A DNA stretch of 64,000 bases from Eledone cirrhosa. Taxonomy: Eukaryota. A program made the position numbers and the translations under genes. Positions 11,501 through 27,500 of this stretch are shown here, in pieces (within the stretch, counting starts at the first letter, position 1; every line of letters starts with the position of its first letter). The stretch spans positions 2,976,001 to 3,040,000 of the forward strand of contig OZ024751.1 in assembly GCA_964016885.1 (NCBI GenBank), in the 5' to 3' direction. Below the pieces are notes generated by a model. It made no database searches. It had not been told where the DNA came from and saw nothing but the letters and a program-made list of their open reading frames with translations.

Positions 11501-14060
11501 CTGTCCTACCATGGAGGTAAGATCCCACCACTGTCCTGCCATTGAAGTAACATCTCCCCACTGTCCTACCACTGACGTACCATCTCCCCACCTTCCTACC
11601 TTTGAGGTAACATCCCACCACTGTCCTGCCATTGAAGTAACATCTCCCCACTGTCCTACCACTGAGGTAACATCTCACCACTGTGTAACCACTGATGTTA
11701 CATCTCACCACTGTCCTACCACTGAGGTAACAACTCACCTCAGTCCTATTATTGGGGTTTCATCTCACCAGTGTCTTACCACTGAGGTAACATGTCACAA
11801 CTGTCCTAAAGTTGAGTTAACAACTCACAACTGTCCTACCACTGAGGTAACAACTCACCACTGTCCTACCATTGAGGTTACATCTCACCACTGTCCTACC
11901 ATTGAGGTAACAACTCACCAATGTCCTACCATTGACGTAACAACTCACCACTTTCCTACGACTAAGGTAATATCTCAACACTGTTCTACCATTGAGGTAA
12001 CAACTCACCTCTCTCCTACCACTGAGGTAACAACTCACCACTGTCCTAACACTGAGGTAACAACTGACAACTGTCCTACAACTGAGGTAACAACCGACCA
12101 CTGTCATACCACTGAGATAACAACTCACCACTGTCCTAAAATTGAGGTAACAACTCACAACTGTCCTACCACTGAGGTAACAACTCACCACTGTCGTACC
12201 ATTGAGGTAACAACTCACAACTTTCCTACCACTGAGTTAACAACTCACCACTGTACTACCACTGAAATAATATCTCACAACTGTCCTACCACTGAGGTAA
12301 CATCTCACAACTGTCCTACCACTGAAGTAACAACTCACCACTCTCCTACCACTGAGGTAACAACTCACCAGCGTCCTACCATTGAGGTAACATCTCACCA
12401 CTGTCCTACCACTGAGGTAACATCTCACACCTGTCCTACCACTGAAGTAACAACTCACCACTGTCTTACCACTGAGGTAACCACTCACCACTTTCCTACC
12501 ACTGAGGTAACAAATGACAACTGTCCTACCAATGAGGTAACATCTCACCAGTGTCTTACCACTGAGGTAACATCTCACCACTGTCCTACCATTGATGTAA
12601 CATCTCAACACCGTCTACCCGCTGAGGTAACAACTCACCACTGTCCTACGACTGAGGTAACAACTCACCACTATCCTACCAATGAGGTAACATCTCACTA
12701 CTGTCCTACCCTTGAGGTAATATCTCACCACTGTCTTACCACTGAGGTAACAACTCACAACTGTCCTACCACTGAGGTAACATCTCACCACTGTCCTACA
12801 ATTGAGGTAACAACTCACCAATGTCCTACAATTGAGGTAACAACTCACCACTCTCCTACCACTGAGGTAACATCTCACAACTGTCCTACCAATGAGGTAA
12901 CATCTCACAACTGTCCTATCACTGAGGTAACATGTCACAACTGTCCTACTACTGAGGTAACATGTCACAACTGTCCTACCACTGAGGTAATAACTCACCA
13001 CTGTGCTACCACTGAGATAACATCTCATAACTGTCCTACCACTAAGGTAAGATCTCACAACTGTCCTAACATTGAGGTAACAACTCAAAACCGTCCTACC
13101 ACTGAGATTACAACTCACCACTGTACTACCACTGAAGTAACATCTCACAACTGTCCTACCCTTGAGGTAACATCTCACAACTGTCCTACTACTGAGGTAA
13201 CAACTCACAACTGTCCTACCACTGAGGTAACAACTCACAACTGTCCTACCATTGAGGTAACATCTCACCACTGTCCTACCACTGACGTAACATCTCACAA
13301 CTGTCCTACCACTGAAGTAACAACTCACCACTCTCCTACCACTGAGGTAACAACTCACCACCGTCCTACCATTGAGGTAACATCTCACCACTGTTCTACC
13401 ACTGAGGTAACATCTCACAACTGTCCTACCAGTGAAGTAAAAACTCAGAACAGTCCTACCACTGAAGTAACAACTCACCACTGTCTTACCACTGAGGTAA
13501 CAACTCACCACTGTCCTAACACTGAGGTAACAAATGACAACTGTTCTACCACTGAGGTAACATCTCACCAGTGTCTTACGACTGAGGTAACATCTCACCA
13601 CTGTCCTACCATTGATGTAACATCTCAACACCGTCTAACCACTGAGGTAACAACTCACCACTGTCCTACGACTGAGGTAACAACTCACCACTATCCTACC
13701 AGTGAGGTAACATCTCACCACAGTCCTACCCTTGAGGTAATATCTCACCACTGTCTTACCACTGAGGTAACAACTCACAACTGTCCTACCACTGAGGTAA
13801 CAACTCACCACTGTCCTACTATTGAGGTAACAACTCACCAATGTCCTACCATTGAGGTAACAACTCACCACTCTCCTACCACTGAGGTAACATCTCACAA
13901 CTGTCCTACCACTGAGGTAACATCTCACAACTGTCCTACCACTGAGGTAATAACTCACCACTGTGCTACCACTGAGGTAACATCTCATAACTGTCCTACC
14001 ACTAAGGTAAGATCTCACAACTGTCCTACCACCGAGGTAACATCTCACTACTGTCCTACC
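5560..14060 (+). repeat. Higher-order tandem duplication of ~4.2-4.5 kb (about 5560-9720 and 9780-14060)
   Basis: Rare variants are shared in the same order: CACCGTACTAACACT (~5875/10121), CCACGGAGG (~6425/10910), the 1-bp deletion CCTACCTTGAGG followed by CACAGCTG (~6481/10966), ACACCGTCTACCC (~8201/12608) and CAACACCGTCTAACC (~9188/13626). The offset drifts because whole monomers were gained or lost. Confidence 0.8.
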
Positions 14061-14531
14061 ACTGAGGTAACAACTCACAACTGTCCTAACACAGAGGTAA
14101 CAATTAACCACTGTCCTAACATTGAGGTAAAAACTCACAACTGTCCTACCGCTAAGGTAACAACTCACCACTGTCCTACCATTGAGCTAACAACTCACCA
14201 CTCTCCTTCCACTGAGGTAACAACGCACCACTGTCCTACCATTGAAGTAACAACTCACCACTCTCCTACCATTGAGGTAACAACTCACAACTGTCCTACC
14301 ATTGAGGTAACAACTCACCACTGTCCTACCGTTGAGGTAACAACTCACAACTGTCCTACCATGGAGGTAAGATCCCACTACTGTCCTGCCATTGAAGTAA
14401 CATCTCCCCACTGTCCTACCACTGATGTACCATCTCCCCACCTTCCTAACATTGCGGTAACCTCCCACCACTGTCCTACCATTGAGGTAACATCTCACCA
14501 CTGTCTCACCACTGTCTCACCACTGAGGTAA
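11511..14531 (+). other. Longest repeat-derived ORF (1,006 aa of EVTTHHCPTT-type units, mucin-like composition); probably not a real gene
   Basis: The frame is open only because the 30-mer lacks stops in this register. There is no signal peptide or unique domain, the ORF is bounded by frameshifting indels, and its ATG comes from a monomer variant. The confidence value refers to it being a true CDS. Confidence 0.1.
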
Positions 14532-17500
14532 CAACTCACCACTGTCCTATCACTGAGGTTACATCTCACCACTGTCCTACATTTAGGTAACAACTCACCA
14601 ATGTCCTACCATTGAGGTAACAACTCACCACTTTCCTACGACTGAGGTAATATCTCACCACTGTCCTACCACTGAGGTAACAACACACCTCTCTCCTACC
14701 ACTGAGGTAATAACTCACCAGTGTCGTACCTTTGAGGTAACAACTCACCACTGTCCTACAACTGAGGTAGCATCTCACAACTGTCCTACCACTGAGGTAA
14801 CAACTCACAACTGTCCTACCACTGAGGTAACAACTCACCACTGTCGTACCATTGAGGTAACACCTCACAACTGTCCTACCACTGAGGTAACAACTCACAA
14901 CTGTCCTACCACTAAGGTAACAACTCACCAGTGTCCTACCCTTGAGGTAACATCTCTCAACTGTCCTACCACTGAGGTAACAACACACAACTGTCCTAAC
15001 ACTGAGGTAACAACTCACCAATGTCCTACATTTGAGGTAACAACTCACCACTGTCCTACCATTGAGGTAACAACTCACAACTGTCCTAACATTGAGGTAA
15101 CATCTCACAACTGTCCTACCATGGAGGTAAGATCCCACCACTGTCCTGCCATTGAAGTAACATCTCCCCACTGTCCTACCACTGATGTACCATCTCCCCA
15201 CCTTCCTACCATTGAAGTAACATCCCACCACTGTCCTGCCATTGAAGTAACATCTCCCCACTGTCCTACCTCTGAGGTAACGTCTCACCACCGTCTTACC
15301 ACTGATGTTACATCTCACCATCTTCTTACAACTGAGGTAACAAATCCCCACTGTCCTACCACAGAGGTAACATCTCACCACTGTCCTACCACTGAGGTAA
15401 CAACTCACCTCAGTCCTATTATTGGGGTTTCATCTCACCACTGTCCTACCATTGATGTAACATCTCACCACCGTCCTATCACTGAGGTAACAACTCACAA
15501 CTGTCCTAAAATTGAGGTAACAACTCACAACTGTGCTACCACTGAGACAACAACTCACCACTGTCCTACCATTGAGGTAACATCTCACCACTGTCTGAAC
15601 ACTGAGGTAACAACTCACCACTGTCCTACCACTGAGGTTACATCTCACCACTGTCCTACCATTGAGGTAACAACTCACCAATGTCCTACCATTGACGTAA
15701 CAACTCACCACATTCCTACGACTAATGTAATATCTCACCACTGTTCTACCATTGAGGTAACAACTCACCTCTCTCCTACCACTGAGGTAACAACTCACTT
15801 CAGTCCTATTATTGGGGTTTCATCTCACCACTGTCCTACCATTGATGTTACAACTCACCACTGTCGTACCACTGAGGTAACAACTCACAACTGTCCTACA
15901 TTTGAGGTAACAACTCACCACTGTCCTACCACTGAGGTAACAACTCACCACTGTCCTAAAATTGAGGTAACAACTCACAACTGTCCTACCACTGAGGTAA
16001 CAACTCACCACTGTCGTACCATTGAGGTAACAACTCACAACTGTCCTACCACTGATGTAACAACTCACAACTGTCCTACCACTGAGATTACAACTCACCA
16101 CTGTACTACCACTGAAGTAACATCTCACAAATGTCCTTCCACTGATGTAACATCTCACAACTGTCCTACCACTGAGGTAACAACTCACAACTGTCCTACC
16201 ATTGAGGTAACATCTCCCCACTGTCCTACCACTGAGGTAACATCTCACAACTGTCCTACCACTGAGGTAACAACTTACAACTGTCCTACCACTGAGGTAA
16301 CAACTCACAACTGTCCTACCGTTGAGGTAACATCTCCCCACTGTCCTACCACTGAGGTAACATCTCACAACTGTCCTACCACTGACGTAACAACTCACCA
16401 CTCTCCTACAACTGAGGTAACAACTCACCACCGTCCTACCATTGAGGTAACATCTCACCACTGTCCTACCACTGAGGTAACATCTCACAACTGTCCTACC
16501 AGTGAAGTAAAAACTTAGAACTGTCCTACCACTGAAGTAACAACTCACCAATGTTCTACCATTGAGGTAACAACTCACCTGTCTCCTACCACTGAGGTAA
16601 CAACTCACCACTGTCGTACCACTGAGGTAACAACTCACAACTGTCCTACATTTGAGGTAACAACTCACCTCTGTCCTACCACTGAGGTAACAACTCACCA
16701 CTGTCCTAAAATTGAGGTAACAACTCACAACTGTCCTACCACTGAGGTAACAACTCACCACTGTCGTACCATTGAGGTAACAACTCACAACTGTCCTACC
16801 ACTGAGGTAACAACTCACAACTGTCCTACCACTGAGATTACAACTCACCACTGTACTACCACTGAAGTAACATCTCACAACTGTCCTTCCACTGATGTAA
16901 CATCTCACAACTGTCCTACCACTGAGGTAACAACTTACAACTGTCCTACCACTGAGGTAACAACTCACAACTGTCCTACCATGAGGTAACATCTCACCAC
17001 TGTCCTAAAGGTGAAGTAAAAACTCAGAACTGTCCTACCACTGAAGTAACAACTCACCACTGTCTTACCACTGTGGTAACAACTCACCATTGTCCTACCA
17101 CTGAGGTAACAAATGACAACTGTCCTACCACTGAGGTACCACGTCACCAGTGTCTTACCACTGAGGTAACATCTCACCACTCTCCTACCATTGATGTAAC
17201 ATCTCAACACCGTCTAACCACTGAGGTAACAACTCACCACTATCCTACCAATGAGGTAATATCTCACCACTGTCCTACCCTTGAGGTAATATCTCACCAC
17301 TGTCTTACCACTGAGGTAACAACTCACCACTGTCCTACCATTGAGGTAAAAACTCCCAACGTCCTACCATTTAGGTAACAACTCACCACTCTCCTACCAC
17401 TGAGGTAACATCTCACAACTGTTCTACCATTGAGGTAACATCTCACAACTGTCCTATCACTGAGGTAACATGGCACAACTGTCCTATCACTGAGGTAATA

Positions 17501-17649
17501 ACTCACCACTGTGCTACCACTGAGGTAACATCTCATAACTGTCCTACCACTGAGGTAAGATCTCACAACTGTCCTAACATTGAGGTAACAACTCACAACT
17601 GTCCTACCACTGAGGTAACATCTCACTACTGTCCTACCACTGAGGAAGC

Positions 17650-20600
17650 AACTCACAACTGTCCTACCACTGAGGCAACAACTCACCACTGTCCTACTAT
17701 TGAGGTAACATCTCACCACTGTCTGACCACTGAGGTAACATCTCACCACTGTCCTTCCACTGAGGTTACATCTCACCACTGTCCTACCATTGAGGTAACA
17801 ACTCACCAATGTCCTACCATTGACGTAACAACTCACCACTTTCCTACGACAAAGGTAATATCTCACCACTGTTCTACCATTGAGGTAACATCTCACCACT
17901 GTCCTACCACTGAGGTAACATCTCACAACTGTCCTAAAGGTGAAGTAAAAACTCAGAACTGTCCTACCACTGAAGTAACAACTCACCACTGTCTTACCAC
18001 TGAGGTAACAACTCACCACTGTCCTACCACTGAGGTAACAAATGACAACTGTCCTACCACTGAGGTAACACCTCACTAGTGTCTTACCCCTGAGGTAACA
18101 TCTCACCACTGTCCTACCATTGATGTAACATCTCACCACCGTCTTACCCTTGAGGTAACAACTCACCACTGTACTACGACTGAGGTAACAACTCACCACT
18201 ATCCTACCAATGAGGTAACATCTCACCACGGTCCTACCCTTGAGGTAATATCTCACCACTGTCTTACCACTGAGGTAACAACTCACAACTGTCCTACCAC
18301 TGAGGTAACAACTCACCACTGTCCTACCACTGAGGTAACATCTCACCACTGTCCTACCATTGAGGTAAAAACTCCCAATGTCCTACCATTTAGGTAACAA
18401 CTCACCACTCTCCTACCACTGAGGTAACATCTCACAACTGTCCTACCTATGAGGTAACATCTCACAATTGTCCTATCACTGAGGTAACATGTCACAACTG
18501 TCCTATCACTGAGGTAATAACTCACCACTGTGCTACCACTGAGGTAACATCTCATAACTGTCCTACCACTGAGGTAAGATCTCACAACTGTCCTAACATT
18601 GAGGTAACAACTCACAATTGTCCTACCACTGAGATAACAACTCACCACTGTCCTAACACTGAGGTAACATCTCACAACTGTCTTACCACTGAGGTAACAA
18701 TTCACCACTGTCCTACCATTGAAGTAACAACTCACCACTGTCGTACCACTGAGGTAACAACTCACAACTGTCCTAACATTGAGGTAACAACTCACCACTG
18801 TCCTACCGTTGAGGTAACAACTCAAAACTGTCCTACAAGTGAGGTAACATCTCACAACTATCCTACCATGGAGGTAAGATCCCACCACTGTCCTGCCATT
18901 GAAGTAACATATCCCCGCTGTCCTACCACTGATGTACATCTCCCCACCTTCCTACCATTGAGGTAACATCCCACCACTGTCCTGCCATTGAAGTAACATC
19001 TCACCACTGTCTTACCACTGATGTTACATCTCACCATCTTCTTACAACTGAGGGAACAACTCCCCACTGTCCTACCACAGAGGTAACATCTCACCACTGT
19101 CCTACCACTGAGGTAACAACTCACCTCAGTCCTATTATTGGGGTTTCATCTCACCACTGTCCTACCATTGATGTAACATCTCACCACCGTCCTATCACTG
19201 ATGTAACATCTCACAACTGTCCTACCACTGAGGTAACAACTCACCACTGTCCTACCATTGAGGTAACATCTCACCACTGTCTGACCACTGAGGTAACAAC
19301 TCACCACTGTCCTACCACTGAGGTTACATCTCACCACTGTCCTACCATTGAGGTAACACCTCACCAATGTCCTACCACTGAGGTAACAACTCACCACTTT
19401 CCTACGACTGAGGTAATATCTCACCACTGTCCTACCACTGAGGTAACAACACACCTCTCACCAACCACTGAGGTGACAACTCACCACTGTCGTACCATTG
19501 AGGTAACAACTCACCACTGTCGTATCATTGAGGTAACAACTCACCACTGTCCTACCACTGAGGTAACAACACACCTCTCACCAACCACTGAGGTAGCAAC
19601 TCACAACTGTCCTACCACTGAGGCAACAACTCACCACTGTCCTACTATTGAGGTAACATCTCACCACTGTCTGACCACTGAGGTAACAACTCACCACTGT
19701 CCTTCCACTGAGGTTACATCTCACCACTGTCCTACCATTGAGGTAACAACTCACCAATGTCATACCATTGACGTAACAACTCACCACTTTCCTACGACAA
19801 AGGTAATATCTCACCACTGTTCTACCATTGAGGTAACATCTCACCACTGTCCTACCACTGAGGTAACATCTCACAACTGTCCTAAAGGTGAAGTAAAAAC
19901 TCAGAACTGTCCTACCACTGAAGTAACAACTCACCACTGTCTTACCACTGAGGTAACAACTCACCACTGTCCTACCACTGAGGTAACAAATGACAACTGT
20001 CCTACCACTGAGGTAACACCTCACTAGTGTCTTACCCCTGAGGTAACATCTCACCACTGTCCTACCATTGATGTAACATCTCACCACCGTCTTACCCTTG
20101 AGGTAACAACTCACCACTGTACTACGACTGAGGTAACAACTCACCACTATCCTACCAATGAGGTAACATCTCACCACGGTCCTACCCTTGAGGTAATATC
20201 TCACCAATGTCTTACCACTGAGGTAACAACTCACAACTGTCCTACCACTGAGGTAAAAACTCACCACTGTCCTACCACTGAGGTAACATCTCACCACTGT
20301 CCTACCATTGAGGTAAAAACTCCCAATGTCCTACCATTTAGGTAACAACTCACCACTCTCCTACCACTGAGGTAACATCTCACAACTGTCCTACCTATGA
20401 GGTAACATCTCACAATTGTCCTATCACTGAGGTAACATGTCACAACTGTCCTATCACTGAGGTAATAACTCACCACTGTGCTACCACTGAGGTAACATCT
20501 CATAACTGTCCTACCACTGAGGTAAGATCTCACAACTGTCCTAACATTGAGGTAACAACTCACAATTGTCCTACCACTGAGATAACAACTCACCACTGTC

Positions 20601-21510
20601 CTAACACTGAGGTAACATCTCACAACTGTCTTACCACTGAGGTAACAATTCACCACTGTCCTACCATTGAAGTAACAACTCACCACTGTCGTACCACTGA
20701 GGTAACAACTCACAACTGTCCTAACATTGAGGTAACAACTCACCACTGTCCTACCGTTGAGGTAACAACTCAAAACTGTCCTACAAGTGAGGTAACATCT
20801 CACAACTATCCTACCATGGAGGTAAGATCCCACCACTGTCCTGCCATTGAAGTAACATATCCCCGCTGTCCTACCACTGATGTACATCTCCCCACCTTCC
20901 TACCATTGAGGTAACATCCCACCACTGTCCTGCCATTGAAGTAACATCTCACCACTGTCTTACCACTGATGTTACATCTCACCATCTTCTTACAACTGAG
21001 GGAACAACTCCCCACTGTCCTACCACAGAGGTAACATCTCACCACTGTCCTACCACTGAGGTAACAACTCACCTCAGTCCTATTATTGGGGTTTCATCTC
21101 ACCACTGTCCTACCATTGATGTAACATCTCACCACCGTCCTATCACTGAGGTAACATCTCACAACTGTCCTACCACTGAGGTAACAACTCACCACTCTCC
21201 TACCATTGAGGTAACATCTCACCACTGTCTGACCACTGAGGTAACAACTCACCACTGTCCTACCACTGAGGTTACATCTCACCACTGTCCTACCATTGAG
21301 GTAACACCTCACCAATGTCCTACCACTGAGGTAACAACTCACCACTTTCCTACGACTGAGGTAATATCTCACCACTGTCCTACCACTGAGGTAACAACAC
21401 ACCTCTCACCAACCACTGAGGTAACAACTCACCACTGTCGTACCATTGAGGTAACAACTCACCACTGTCGTATCATTGAGGTAACAACTCACCACTGTCC
21501 TCCCACTGAG
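17650..21510 (+). repeat. Near-identical higher-order tandem duplication, period 1,948 bp
   Basis: Identical or near-identical ORF translations at a constant offset: 18343/20291, 18858/20806, 19146/21094. The period 1948 = 65x30 - 2, matching two shared 1-bp deletions. Confidence 0.92.
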
Positions 21511-24500
21511 GTAACGACTCACCACTGTCCTAAAATTGAGGTAACAACTCACAACTGTCCTACCACTGAGGTAACAACTCACCACTGTCGTACCATTGAG
21601 GTAACAACTCAAAACTGTCCTACCACTGAGGTAACAACTCACAACTGTCCTACCACTGAGATTACAACTCACCACTGTACTACCACTGAAGTAACATCTC
21701 ACAACTGTCCTTCCACTGATGTAACATCTCACAACTGTCCTACCACTGAGGTAACAACTTTCAACTGTCCTACCACTGAAGTAACAGCTCACAACTGTCC
21801 TTCCACTGATGTAACATCTCCCCACTGTCCTACCACTGAGGTAACATCTCACAACTGTCCTACCACTGATGTAACAACTCACCACTCTCCTACCACTGAG
21901 GTAACAACTCACCACCGTCCTACCATTGAGGCAACATCTCACCACTGTCCTACCACTGAGGTAACATCTCACAACTGTCCTACCAGTGAAGTAAAAACTC
22001 AGAACTGTCCTACCACTGAAGTAACAACTCACCACTGTCCTACCACTAAGGTAACAAATGACAACTGTCCTACCACTGTCCTACAACTGAGGTAACAAAT
22101 GACAACTGTCCTACCACTGAGGTAACACCTCACCAGTGTCTTACCACTGAGGTAACATCTCACCACTCTCCTACCATTGATGTAACATCTCACCACCGTC
22201 TTACCACTGAGGTAACAACTCACCACTATCCTACCAATGAGGTAACATCTCACCACTGTCTTACCCTTGAGGTAAAAACTCCCAATGTCCTACAATTTAG
22301 GTAACAACTCACCACTCTCCTACCACTGAGGTAACATCTCACAACTGTTCTACCATTGAGGTAACAACTCACAACTGTCCTACCACTGAGGTAACATCTC
22401 ACTACTGTCCTACCACTGAGGTAGCAACTCACAACTGTCCTACCACTGAGGAAACAACTCACCACTGTCCTACTATTGAGGTAACATCTCACCACTGTCT
22501 GACCACTGAGGTAACAACACACCACTGTCATACACCTGAGGTTACATCTCACCACTGTCATACCATTGAGGTAACAACTCACCAATGTCCTACCATTGAC
22601 GTAACAACTCACCACTTTCCTACGACTAAGGTAATATCTCACCACTGTTCTACCATTGAGGTAACAACTCACCTCTCTCCTACCACTGAGGTAACAACTC
22701 ACCACTGTCGTACCACTGAGGTAACAACTCACCACTGTCCTAAAATTGAGGTAACAACTCACAACTGTCCTACCACTGAGGTAACAACTCACCACTGTCG
22801 TACCATTGAGGTAACAACTCACAACTGTCCTACCACTGAGGTAACAACTCACAACTGTCCTACCACTGAGATTACAACTCACCACTGTACTACCACTGAA
22901 GTAACATCTCACAACTGTCCTTCCACTGATGTAACATCTCACCACTGTCCTACCACTGAGGTAACAAATGACAACTGTCCTACCACTGAGGTAACACCTA
23001 ACCAGTGTCTTACCACTGAGGTAACATCTCACCACTGTCCTAACATTGATGTAACATCTCACCACCGTCTTACCACTGAGGTAACAACTCACCACTGTCC
23101 TACGACTGAGGTAACAACTCACCACTATCCTACCAATGAGGTAACATCTCACCACTGTCCTACCAATGAGGTAACATCTCACCACTGTCCTACCCTTGAG
23201 GTAATATCTCACCACTGTCTTACCACTGAGGTAACAACTCACAACTGTCCTACCACTGAAGTAACAACTCACCACTCTCCTACCACTGAGGTAACATCTC
23301 ACAACTGTCCTACCTATGAGGTAACATCTCACAACTGTCCTATCACTGAGGTAACATGTCACAACTGTCCTATCACTGAGGTAATAACTCACCACTGTGC
23401 TACCACTGAGGTAACATCTCATAACTGTCCTACCACTGAGGTAAGATCTCACAACTGTCCTAACATTGAGGTAACAACTCACAACTGTCCTACCACTGAG
23501 GTAACAACTCACCACTGTCCTACCATTGAGGTAACATCTCACCACTGTCTGACCACTGAGGTAACAACTCACCACTGTCCTACCACTGAGGTTACATCTC
23601 ACCACTGTCCTACCATTGAGATAACACCTCACCAATGTCCTACCACTGAGGTAACAACTCACCACTTTCCTACGACTGAGGTAATATCTCACCACTGTCC
23701 TACCACTGAGGTAACAACACACCTCTCACCAACCACTGAGGTAACAACTCACCACTGTCGTACCATTGAGGTAACAACTCACCACTGTCGTATCATTGAG
23801 GTAACAACTCACCACTGTCCTACCACTGAGGTAACGACTCACCACTGTCCTAAAATTGAGGTAACAACTCACAACTGTCCTACCACTGAGGTAACAACTC
23901 ACCACTGTCGTACCATTGAGGTAACAACTCAAAACTGTCCTACCACTGAGGTAACAACTCACAACTGTCCTACAACTGAGATTACAACTCACCACTGTAC
24001 TACCACTGAAGTAACATCTCACAACTGTCCTTCCACTGATGTAACATCTCACAACTGTCCTACCACTGAGGTAACAACTTTCAACTGTCCTACCACTGAA
24101 GTAACAGCTCACAACTGTCCTTCCACTGATGTAACATCTCCCCACTGTCCTACCACTGAGGTAACATCTCACAACTGTCCTACCACTGATGTAACAACTC
24201 AGCACTCTCCTACCACTGAGGTAACAACTCACCACCGTCCTACCATTGAGGCAACATCTCACCACTGTCCTACCACTGAGGTAACATCTCACAACTGTCC
24301 TACCAGTGAAGTAAAAACTCAGAACTGTCCTACCACTGAAGTAACAACTCACCACTGTCCTACCACTAAGGTAACAAATGACAACTGTCCTACCACTGTC
24401 CTACAACTGAGGTAACAAATGACAACTGTCCTACCACTGAGGTAACACCTCACCAGTGTCTTACCACTGAGGTAACATCTCACCACTCTCCTACCATTGA

Positions 24501-27500
24501 TGTAACATCTCACCACCGTCTTACCACTGAGGTAACAACTCACCACTATCCTACCAATGAGGTAACATCTCACCACTGTCCTACCCTTGAGGTAAAAACT
24601 CCCAATGTCCTACAATTTAGGTAACAACTCACCACTCTCCTACCACTGAGGTAACATCTCACAACTGTTCTACCATTGAGGTAACAACTCACAACTGTCC
24701 TACCACTGAGGTAACATCTCACTACTGTCCTACCACTGAGGTAGCAACTCACAACTGTCCTACCACTGAGGAAACAACTCACCACTGTCCTACTATTGAG
24801 GTAACATCTCACCACTGTCTGACCACTGAGGTAACAACTCACCACTGTCCTACCACTGAGGTTACATCTCACCACTGTCCTACCATTGAGGTAACAACTC
24901 ACCAATGTCCTACCATTGACGTAACAACTCACCACTTTCCTACGACTAAGGTAATATCTCACCACTGTTCTACCATTGAGGTAACAACTCACCTCTCTCC
25001 TACCACTGAGGTAACAACTCACCACTGTCGTACCACTGAGGTAACAACTCACAACTGTCCTACATTTGAGGTAACAACTCACCTCTGTCCTACCACTGAG
25101 GTAACAACTCAGCACTGTCCTAAAATTGAGGTAACAACTCACAACTGTCCTACCACTGAGGTAACAACTCACCACTGTCGTACCATTGAGGTAACAACTC
25201 ACAACTGTCCTACCACTGAGGTAACAACTCACAACTGTCCTACCACTGAGATTACAACTCACCACTGTACTACCACTGAAGTAACATCTCACAACTGTCC
25301 TTCCACTGATGTAACATCTCACAACTGTCCTACCACTGAGGTAACAACTTACAACTGTCCTACCACTGAGGTAACAACTCACAACTGTCCTACCACTGAG
25401 GTAACATCTCACAACTGTCCTACAGGTGAAGTAAAAACTCAGAACTGTCCTATCACTGAAGTAACAACTCACCACTGTCTTACCACTGAGGTAACAACTC
25501 ACCACTGTCCTACCACTGAGGTAACAAATGACAACTGTCCTACCACTGAGGTAACACCTAACCAGTGTCTTACCACTGAGGTAACATCTCACCACTGTCC
25601 TAACATTGATGTAACATCTCACCACCGTCTTACCACTGAGGTAACAACTCACCACTGTCCTACGACTGAGGTAACAACTCACCACTATCCTACCAATGAG
25701 GTAACATCTCACCACTGTCCTACCAATGAGGTAACATCTCACCACTGTCCTACCCTTGAGGTAATATCTCACCACTGTCTTACCACTGAGGTAACAACTC
25801 ACAACTGTCCTACCACTGAAGTAACAACTCACCACTCTCCTACCACTGAGGTAACATCTCACAACTGTCCTACCTATGAGGTAACATCTCACAACTGTCC
25901 TATCACTGAGGTAACATGTCACAACTGTCCTATCACTGAGGTAATAACTCACCACTGTGCTACCACTGAGGTAACATCTCATAACTGTCCTACCACTGAG
26001 GTAAGATCTCACAACTGTCCTAACATTGAGGTAACAACTCGCAATTGTCCTACCACTGAGATAACAACTCACCACTGTCCTACCACTGAGGTAACAACTC
26101 AGCACTGTCCTACCACTGAGGTAACAACTCACCACTGTCCTAACACTTAGGTAACACTCACAACTGTCTTACCACTGAGGTAACAATTCACCACTGTTCT
26201 ACCATTGAAGTAACAACTCACCACTGTCGTACCACTGAGGTAACAACTCACAACTGTCCTAACATTGAGGTAACAACTCACCACTGTCCTACCGTTGAGG
26301 TAACAACTCAAAACTGTCCTACCATTGAGGTAACATCTCACAACTATCCTACCATGGAGGTAAGATCCCACCACTGTCCTGCCATTGAGGTAACATCTCC
26401 CCGCTGTCCTGCCACTGATGTACATCTCCCCACTTTCCTACCATTGAGGTAACATCCCACCACTGTCCTACCATTGATGTAACATCTCACCACCGTCCTA
26501 TCACTCAGGTAACATCTCACAACTGTCCTACCACTGATGTAACAACTCACCACTCTCCTACCACTGAGGTAACAACTCACCACCGTCCTACCATTGAGGC
26601 AACATCTCACCACTGTCCTACCACTGAGGTAACATCTCACAACTGTCCTACCAGTGAAGTAAAAACTCAGAACTGTCCTACCACTGAAGTAACAACTCAC
26701 CACTGTCCTACCACTAAGGTAACAAATGACAACTGTCCTACCACTGTCCTACAACTGAGGTAACAAATGACAACTGTCCTACCACTGAGGTAACACCTCA
26801 CCAGTGTCTTACCACTGAGGTAACATCTCACCACTCTCCTACCATTGATGTAACATCTCACCACCGTCTTACCACTGAGGTAACAACTCACCACTATCCT
26901 ACCAATGAGGTAACATCTCACCACTGTCCTACCCTTGAGGTAAAAACTCCCAATGTCCTACAATTTAGGTAACAACTCACCACTCTCCTACCACTGAGGT
27001 AACATCTCACAACTGTTCTACCATTGAGGTAACAACTCACAACTGTCCTACCACTGAGGTAACATCTCACTACTGTCCTACCACTGAGGTAGCAACTCAC
27101 AACTGTCCTACCACTGAGGAAACAACTCACCACTGTCCTACTATTGAGGTAACATCTCACCACTGTCTGACCACTGAGGTAACAACTCACCACTGTCCTA
27201 CCACTGAGGTTACATCTCACCACTGTCCTACCATTGAGGTAACAACTCACCAATGTCCTACCATTGACGTAACAACTCACCACTTTCCTACGACTAAGGT
27301 AATATCTCACCACTGTTCTACCATTGAGGTAACAACTCACCTCTCTCCTACCACTGAGGTAACAACTCACCACTGTCGTACCACTGAGGTAACAACTCAC
27401 AACTGTCCTACATTTGAGGTAACAACTCACCTCTGTCCTACCACTGAGGTAACAACTCACCACTGTCCTAAAATTGAGGTAACAACTCACAACTGTCCTA

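Noticed and set aside
11511-14531. Zinc-finger array (Cys/His periodicity)
   Set aside because: There is one Cys per 10 aa with an adjacent His-His. This does not fit C2H2 spacing (CX2-4C...HX3-5H, ~28-aa period), and there are no TGEKP linkers.
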